NCBI GenBank assembly: GCA_965245735.1
Contig: CBDFAX010000004.1
Span: 20,867-84,866 of the forward strand
Source of the DNA: an uncultured Abiotrophia sp.
GTDB taxonomy: Bacteria > Bacillota > Bacilli > Lactobacillales > Aerococcaceae
Length of the DNA stretch: 64,000 bases
Reading direction: 5' to 3'
A program made the position numbers and the translations under genes. Numbering within the stretch: the first letter of the stretch is position 1; each line of letters begins with the position of its first letter. Of this stretch, positions 59,185 to 64,000 are shown piece by piece. The notes below the pieces were generated by a model. That model had not been told where the DNA came from and did not search any database. It was given only the letters and a program-made list of their open reading frames with translations.

Positions 59185-59952
59185 ATGGAAGTTATTCAGT
59201 CCAAGCAAAATCCTAAGATTAAGGCCTGGAAGAAACTAGCCACCTCCAAAGGGCGCCAGAAGGCGGGGCAGTACCTGATTGAGGGGACTCATCTGGTAGA
59301 AGAGGCCCTTAAGTCAGGTCAAAATGTCCGTCATTTGGTGGCTACACCGGATTATGATTTAAGTCAGTTGCCAAATCAGGCCCTTAGTTTACCACTTCTT
59401 CTGGTTAGTCCTGAGCTCTTGAAGGACCTGAGCGAGACGCCTACCCCCCAAGGGGTTCTGGCGGTTTTAGAATTGCCGTCGCTACCTCGCGATTGGCAGC
59501 CTTCTGGCCAACGTTACCTGATTTTGGATGCGGTGCAAGACCCAGGTAACCTGGGAACCCTTATTCGCACAGCAGATGCAGCAGCTTATGATGGGGTCAT
59601 TCTAGGTAAAGGCACGGTGGACGTCTACAATGACAAAGTCCTTAGAGCGAGCCAAGGTTCACTTTGGCACCTGGAGGTCGTCAGTTTAGATATCTTACAG
59701 GAGGCCCGTCCAGCCTTTGAAGCCGCTGGTATTCCTTGGTTTGTGACGGCCCTTCACCAAGAGGCGAAAGCCTATACAGATGTGCCAACTGATCAGGCAC
59801 TAGCCTTAGTGCTGGGCAACGAAGGACAAGGAGTCTCTGAAGCAGTTATTCAAGTAGCTGACCAGACAATCTACATTCCTATGCCAGGTCAGGCTGAGTC
59901 ACTCAATGTGGCAGTTGCTGGTGGCATTCTAATGTTTTATTTTCAAGCGTAA
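59185..59952 (+). CDS. TrmH/SpoU-family RNA 2'-O-methyltransferase
   Basis: SpoU motifs LVLGNEGQGVS and IPMPGQAESLNVAVAGGILMF. Confidence 0.85.
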   Translation: MEVIQSKQNPKIKAWKKLATSKGRQKAGQYLIEGTHLVEEALKSGQNVRHLVATPDYDLSQLPNQALSLPLLLVSPELLKDLSETPTPQGVLAVLELPSLPRDWQPSGQRYLILDAVQDPGNLGTLIRTADAAAYDGVILGKGTVDVYNDKVLRASQGSLWHLEVVSLDILQEARPAFEAAGIPWFVTALHQEAKAYTDVPTDQALALVLGNEGQGVSEAVIQVADQTIYIPMPGQAESLNVAVAGGILMFYFQA

Positions 59953-59977
59953 AAGCAGGCCTAGGCCTGCTTTTTTT
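59951..59977 (+). terminator. Intrinsic terminator
   Basis: AAAAGCAGGCC-TA-GGCCTGCTTTTTTT. Confidence 0.9.
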
Positions 59978-60135
59978 GAGTAAAAACTAGGGTAAAACTT
60001 ATCTGTTTTGTTGTTTTTAATGATGCCTATTGCAGATAAAGTGGAGAGTGTTAGAATAATGTTTGTGGATGATTATACTATTTAATAGTAGAAATTATTC
60101 TGTGTTGCGTGAAAAAAAAGAGGGAAGTGTGTGCA

Positions 60136-60873
60136 ATGAAAAAGTCAGTCTATATTAGCGCATCGTTTCTATTGTTATGCGCCGGTAGCACTCTAAGTGC
60201 AGATATATCCGCTAAGGTTAGTCAAGATAGTTTGGGCTATAAAGTTTTGGCTCAGCAAACGGGAGACAGAAAAGTCACCAAAGTAAAGTCTATTGAGGCC
60301 TTAGAAGGTGACTTAATCAAGGTAACTCTACCAGATGATTCAAGCTATGAAGCACATTTAGCTATGGTCAATGCGCCCGAAATGAAAGGCAATAAACCTT
60401 TCGCCAAAGAAGCAAAAGAACGCCTAAACAGTTTGCTTGAGGAGGCTGACACACTCAATGTAGAAGAGTCGGGAGGAGCAGAACAAAAAATTGACGGTAA
60501 AGCCACACTCTTTCTATGGGCGGATGATGTTTTGCTTCAGGAAGCTCTAGTTACGGAAGGATTAGCGCGAGTGGACTATATTCAGTCAGCGGATGAACCT
60601 TACCTTAAAGTCATGCGGGAATCTGAAGACTATGCCAAGCAATCCAGTAGCAAAATCTGGTCTCAGAGCGGGGTGTTTTCCGATGATCCAGTTCGCAAGG
60701 ACTTGAGTGCTAGTCAGGCTCAAGCGCCGGCTTCTGCTCCTACTCAGCCTTCAGTTTTCTATAAGAACTGTAAGGAAGTCAAGGCTGCTGGTGCTGCACC
60801 TATCCGGCCAGGTGATCCAGGATGGGATCCGAAGTTTGATCGTGATGGAGACGGTATCGGTTGTGAACGATGA
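60136..60873 (+). CDS. Secreted SNase-fold (thermonuclease-like) protein with a C-terminal Excalibur Ca-binding domain; catalytic residues degenerate
   Basis: Signal peptide MKKSVYISASFLLLCAGSTLSA. SNase-like core (LVTEGLARVDYI, KIWS). Excalibur motif FYKNCKEVKAAGAAPIRPGDPGWDPKFDRDGDGIGCE. The start could also be GTG 60109. Confidence 0.7.
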   Translation: MKKSVYISASFLLLCAGSTLSADISAKVSQDSLGYKVLAQQTGDRKVTKVKSIEALEGDLIKVTLPDDSSYEAHLAMVNAPEMKGNKPFAKEAKERLNSLLEEADTLNVEESGGAEQKIDGKATLFLWADDVLLQEALVTEGLARVDYIQSADEPYLKVMRESEDYAKQSSSKIWSQSGVFSDDPVRKDLSASQAQAPASAPTQPSVFYKNCKEVKAAGAAPIRPGDPGWDPKFDRDGDGIGCER

Positions 60874-61415
60874 GACGGGCACTGTTTATACTTCTATTAG
60901 CATTAGTGACTATCTGTTTAGGTGGCCGACCAGTAGGAATGATAGCTCAAGCTGCACCTAACCTACAGGCTAAGCCAATAAATCCCAAATTACTTGAAGC
61001 AGTAAATGCATACCAGGTAGTCGACGGAGATACTGCCTATTTTGACCTAGGCTCCGGTAAGTCGATTAAAGCGCGCTTGTTACTGATAGATACTCCCGAG
61101 CTACATCATCCTCGATTGGGGCAACAGCCATATGGACTTGAGGCCAAACAGAGATTTCAGCACTTGCTTCAACAGGCTCACAAAATTGAAGTTGAATATG
61201 ATATTGGAATGCACAAAGATAAGTATCAACGTGATTTAATTTATGTTTGGATTGATGGGCAACTTGTCCAAGAAATCTTAGTGAGTGAGGGTCTAGCTCA
61301 AGTTGCTTATGTTTACCCACCTAATACGCGTTATTTGAATTATTTAGAGGCATCGCAAAAAGAAGCCAAAGAAGCTAAAGTTGGTCTATGGTCATTGTAT
61401 GGGTCTGAAAGGTGA
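60870..61415 (+). CDS. Secreted thermonuclease (staphylococcal nuclease family), canonical active site
   Basis: Motifs VVDGDTAYF, ARLLLIDTPE, DKYQRDLIYV, LVSEGLAQVAYVYPPN and GLWS. ATGA overlap with the upstream gene. Confidence 0.85.
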   Translation: MRRALFILLLALVTICLGGRPVGMIAQAAPNLQAKPINPKLLEAVNAYQVVDGDTAYFDLGSGKSIKARLLLIDTPELHHPRLGQQPYGLEAKQRFQHLLQQAHKIEVEYDIGMHKDKYQRDLIYVWIDGQLVQEILVSEGLAQVAYVYPPNTRYLNYLEASQKEAKEAKVGLWSLYGSER

Positions 61416-61469
61416 TGGGCGTAGTGCGTGTGAGTTTAAGTTAAAAACTAATTGGTAATTAATTTATAG

Positions 61470-61500
61470 GAAAAGACTGGAGCTTGTTTCCAGTCTTTTC
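61470..61500 (+). terminator. Intrinsic terminator
   Basis: AAAAGACTGGA...TCCAGTCTTTT. Confidence 0.85.
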
Positions 61501-61606
61501 GTCTTGCATAGGAATTTGGGCAAGTTAACGAAAATTCAAAGACAAATTGAATGATACTTGAAAACGCTACATTTCATGGTAAGATTAAGAAGTAAGAGGT
61601 GATACT

Positions 61607-62617
61607 ATGAAAGATGCTAATCAATTCTCAGCCAAAGCGACCATGAAAGATGTGGCGGAGCGGGCTGGCGTTGGTCTAGGGACGGTTTCTCGTGTGGTCA
61701 ATGGCTTTCGAGTTAAGGATTCAACCTATGAGAAGGTCCAGACGGCAATACGCGAATTAAACTATCAGCCCGATGAATATGCCCGTGGGCTCAAAACCAA
61801 TCGCAGCAATATTGTGGCACTGATTGTGCCAACCATTTGGCATCCATTTTTCTCGCAGTTCGCCTATCATGTAGAGAAGGAGTTGCAGCAGCATCACTAT
61901 AAGCTCCTGATTTGTAATGCAGATGGTGATGCGAGTAATGAGATCGAGTACATTGAAATGCTAAAGAAGAACAAGGTGGATGGCATTATTGGCATTACTT
62001 ACTCTGATATCGATAAGTATATTTTGTCTTCTCTTCCTTTTGTTAGCATCGACCGGCACTTCTCCGAGAATGTCTATTATGTCACCGCAGAAAACTATGA
62101 GGGTGGGCAACTGGCGGCCAAGGAGCTTCTAGAACGAGGCGCTAAGCAGCTTGCTTATATTGGCGGTACCAATATCCATGAGAATGAGACAGTATTGCGC
62201 AAGGCGGGTTTCTATGATTACGCTGCTAAGCAAGGTTACTGCGTTGCTAAGCTAGATATGCCAGAACCTATTGAAGATGTGGAAAGACTTATCCGGGCTT
62301 TTGTCGAAGAAAATACCGAATTAGATGGTTTCTTTACCGTTAATGATTTTATGGCCCTTCATGTGATGAAGGTCATGCAGGCATTTGGTAAGTCTTGTCC
62401 AGAGGATTATCAGCTGATTGGTTTTGATGGACTGAAGACGGCAGAAGGTCAAGACTATCTCCTCTCAACCATTGCCCAGCCTATTGATCAGATGGCCATT
62501 GCTGCGGTGGAACTCTTGATGACCCTTATTAAAGGTCAAGTTCAACCTAGTAGTCATCGAGTTATCTTGCCAGTACATTTTCGTGAAGGAGGCACCACGC
62601 GAAAAAAATTGGATTGA
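61607..62617 (+). CDS. LacI-family transcriptional regulator
   Basis: HTH ATMKDVAERAGVGLGTVSRVVNG followed by a periplasmic-binding-protein-like sugar-binding fold pattern. Confidence 0.9.
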   Translation: MKDANQFSAKATMKDVAERAGVGLGTVSRVVNGFRVKDSTYEKVQTAIRELNYQPDEYARGLKTNRSNIVALIVPTIWHPFFSQFAYHVEKELQQHHYKLLICNADGDASNEIEYIEMLKKNKVDGIIGITYSDIDKYILSSLPFVSIDRHFSENVYYVTAENYEGGQLAAKELLERGAKQLAYIGGTNIHENETVLRKAGFYDYAAKQGYCVAKLDMPEPIEDVERLIRAFVEENTELDGFFTVNDFMALHVMKVMQAFGKSCPEDYQLIGFDGLKTAEGQDYLLSTIAQPIDQMAIAAVELLMTLIKGQVQPSSHRVILPVHFREGGTTRKKLD

Positions 62618-62632
62618 ATTTCTAAAAATCTC

Positions 62633-62661
62633 TTGACAAGCCGTGAAAGCGGTATTATTAT
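62633..62661 (+). promoter_or_regulatory. Sigma-A promoter of the sugar ABC transporter operon
   Basis: TTGACA (62633-62638), a 17-nt spacer, then TATTAT (62656-62661). Confidence 0.65.
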
Positions 62662-62672
62662 TAAGGTATAAA

Positions 62673-62686
62673 TTGAAACGTTTCAA
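62673..62686. promoter_or_regulatory. Palindromic operator O1 (probable site for the adjacent LacI-family regulator)
   Basis: TTGAAACGTTTCAA is a perfect 14-bp palindrome. It starts about 5 nt downstream of the predicted transcription start. Confidence 0.6.
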
Positions 62687-62744
62687 ATCCCGAGCCCCAG
62701 CTAGACCCATTATCCTACCGTGGGCTTGACTTTTAAAAAAAGAA

Positions 62745-62758
62745 TTGAAACGTTTCAA
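62745..62758. promoter_or_regulatory. Palindromic operator O2, identical to O1
   Basis: TTGAAACGTTTCAA again, with the same flanks (AA before it, A after it). It ends 2 nt before the SD AGGAGG. Confidence 0.6.
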
Positions 62759-62773
62759 AAAGGAGGAAACAAC

Positions 62774-64000
62774 ATGAAAAAAGGATTCATCTTATCGGCT
62801 CTGACCACTTTATCGATGAGCTTCTTAGCAGGAGCAATGGCGCCAACCCCCGTAGCCCATGCTGCCGGCCAAGACATCAAGGTTTGGGTACAATTTTCAG
62901 ATGAGACCGCAGAAGGGAAGGCTTGGGCAAAAGTCGTAGAAAACTTCAACAAGAAGTACGATGGAAAGTACCAAGTAACAACAGAATACATTCCACGTAG
63001 TGGTTCTGGTGGTGGTTATGAAGACAAGGTCAACGCGGGTATTACCACCAACACCTTGCCAGATGTCATTACTTTAGACGGACCAAACACAGCAGCCTAT
63101 GCTAAAGCTAAGGTAATTGCGCCATTGGATGACTATCTAGCTGACGCTAATATGGATGATGTACTTGATTCCATCAAGCAACAAGGGACCTATGATGGCA
63201 AATTCTATGCCTTTGGCTTCTCTGAATCCAACGTTGGGATTTATTACAACAAGAAAATGTTCAAGGAAGCAGGCATTGAAGATTCAGAACTTCCAACCCT
63301 TCAAAAACCTTGGACCTGGGACGAATTTAAGGCGATTAGCAAGAAGTTGACAGACCACTTCAAACAACCAGCAATTGACTTCCGCCTCAATTCTATGGAC
63401 GAAATGCTGCCATATGCATATATGCCATTACTCTGGTCAAATGGTGGGACTGTTGTGAATGAAGACGGGACTAAGGCACAAGGTTACTTCAACAGTAAGG
63501 AAAGTGTTGAGGCCGTTCAATTCATTCAAGATTTAGTCAAAGAAGGTTACACCACGATTAGCCCAGTTGAAAAAGGCTTTGAAACAGGCGTTTACCCAAT
63601 GGTCTTAAGCGGATCTTGGACCATTAATGACTTAAATGAAAACTATAAAGACATTGAATATGGTATCTTGCCTTACCCAGTATCTAATACGACTAAGAAA
63701 TTAGTTTCCCCATCTGGTAGCTGGCAATTAGCTGTGACGGAAAAGTCAGAACAAAAAGAAGGGGCAGCTGAATTCATTAAGTTTGCAACCAACACCGAGT
63801 CTAGTGAAATCATTAGCCTAGGCAACAGCGTTCTACCAATCCGTAAGACCACCATTGCGAATATCAAAGACAAGGTATCTGAGCCAATGCGCTTCTTGAT
63901 GGAACAAAATGCTGCGACCGCCCACGCTCGTCCAGTAGTGGTCGCTTACCCACAAGTATCTCGTGCTTTCCAACAAGCTATGCAAGATATTAGTTACTAT
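62774..64000 (+). CDS. Sugar ABC transporter substrate-binding protein (family 1); partial, runs off the window end
   Basis: Not in the ORF track because no stop occurs before nt 64000. My translation is MKKGFILSALTTLSMSFLAGAMAPTPVAHAAGQDIKVWVQFSD...GKFYAFGFSESNVGIYYNKKMFKEAGI...SGSWQLAVT. SD AGGAGG is at 62761-62766. Confidence 0.8.
   Translation, partial: MKKGFILSALTTLSMSFLAGAMAPTPVAHAAGQDIKVWVQFSDETAEGKAWAKVVENFNKKYDGKYQVTTEYIPRSGSGGGYEDKVNAGITTNTLPDVITLDGPNTAAYAKAKVIAPLDDYLADANMDDVLDSIKQQGTYDGKFYAFGFSESNVGIYYNKKMFKEAGIEDSELPTLQKPWTWDEFKAISKKLTDHFKQPAIDFRLNSMDEMLPYAYMPLLWSNGGTVVNEDGTKAQGYFNSKESVEAVQFIQDLVKEGYTTISPVEKGFETGVYPMVLSGSWTINDLNENYKDIEYGILPYPVSNTTKKLVSPSGSWQLAVTEKSEQKEGAAEFIKFATNTESSEIISLGNSVLPIRKTTIANIKDKVSEPMRFLMEQNAATAHARPVVVAYPQVSRAFQQAMQDISYY

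Noticed and set aside
60076-60090. 15-bp palindrome TACTATT-T-AATAGTA overlapping a possible -10 (TATACT) upstream of the nuclease pair.
   Set aside because: It is short and AT-rich, so it is likely to occur by chance in an AT-rich intergenic region. The promoter assignment itself is weak.
61558-61572. Possible cre (TTGAAAACGCTACAT) upstream of the LacI-family gene, next to an extended -10, TGGTAAGAT.
   Set aside because: The left half fits cre, but the right half misses the conserved C of the NNCW end. This is too weak to call without a scoring matrix.
62673-62758. Interpreting TTGAAACGTTTCAA as cre (CcpA) sites.
   Set aside because: Relative to the central CG, the TG dinucleotide is shifted one position inward compared with the cre consensus TGWNANCGNTNWCA. 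The sites sit beside a dedicated LacI-family regulator, so a specific operator is more likely.

Overview
64-kb chromosomal segment, roughly 48% GC by eye, from a Gram-positive genome that is almost certainly Lactobacillales. Support for that: an SMK-box metK leader, CIRCE-groESL, pcrA-ligA-camS-gatCAB synteny, T-box thrS and leuS leaders, and LPXTG and LysM wall proteins. A family-level guess of Aerococcaceae/Carnobacteriaceae-like is inference only. Most of the window is core housekeeping: cysK-cysE, pcrA, ligA, gatCAB, thrS, groESL, uvrC, metK, leuS, pepV, RNA-modification enzymes and cell-wall enzymes. Carbohydrate and host-glycan genes are interspersed: a galactitol-family PTS operon, a GH29 fucosidase, an LPXTG-anchored GH85 endo-beta-N-acetylglucosaminidase, a GH2 beta-galactosidase, and a LacI regulator with a sugar ABC binding protein that runs off the 3' end. 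I saw no rRNA, tRNA, CRISPR array, transposase, integrase or phage genes, and no clear-cut novel multi-gene system such as a defence island. The observations most worth a second look are: (1) a MurJ/YtgP-type flippase with a ~580-aa acidic, TM-free N-terminal extension; (2) an in-frame TGA inside the signal peptide of the GH85 surface enzyme; (3) a perfect 38-bp loop-less palindrome between two complete terminators, flanked by an L,D-transpeptidase and a D,D-carboxypeptidase; (4) overlapping tandem thermonuclease paralogues, one with degenerate catalytic residues plus an Excalibur domain; (5) a catalytically degenerate CDP-alcohol phosphatidyltransferase homologue; (6) two uncharacterised two-gene membrane/secreted operons, one in a low-GC islet; (7) twin identical operators around the ABC-transporter promoter. 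All family assignments come from motif recognition by eye. No database search was run.
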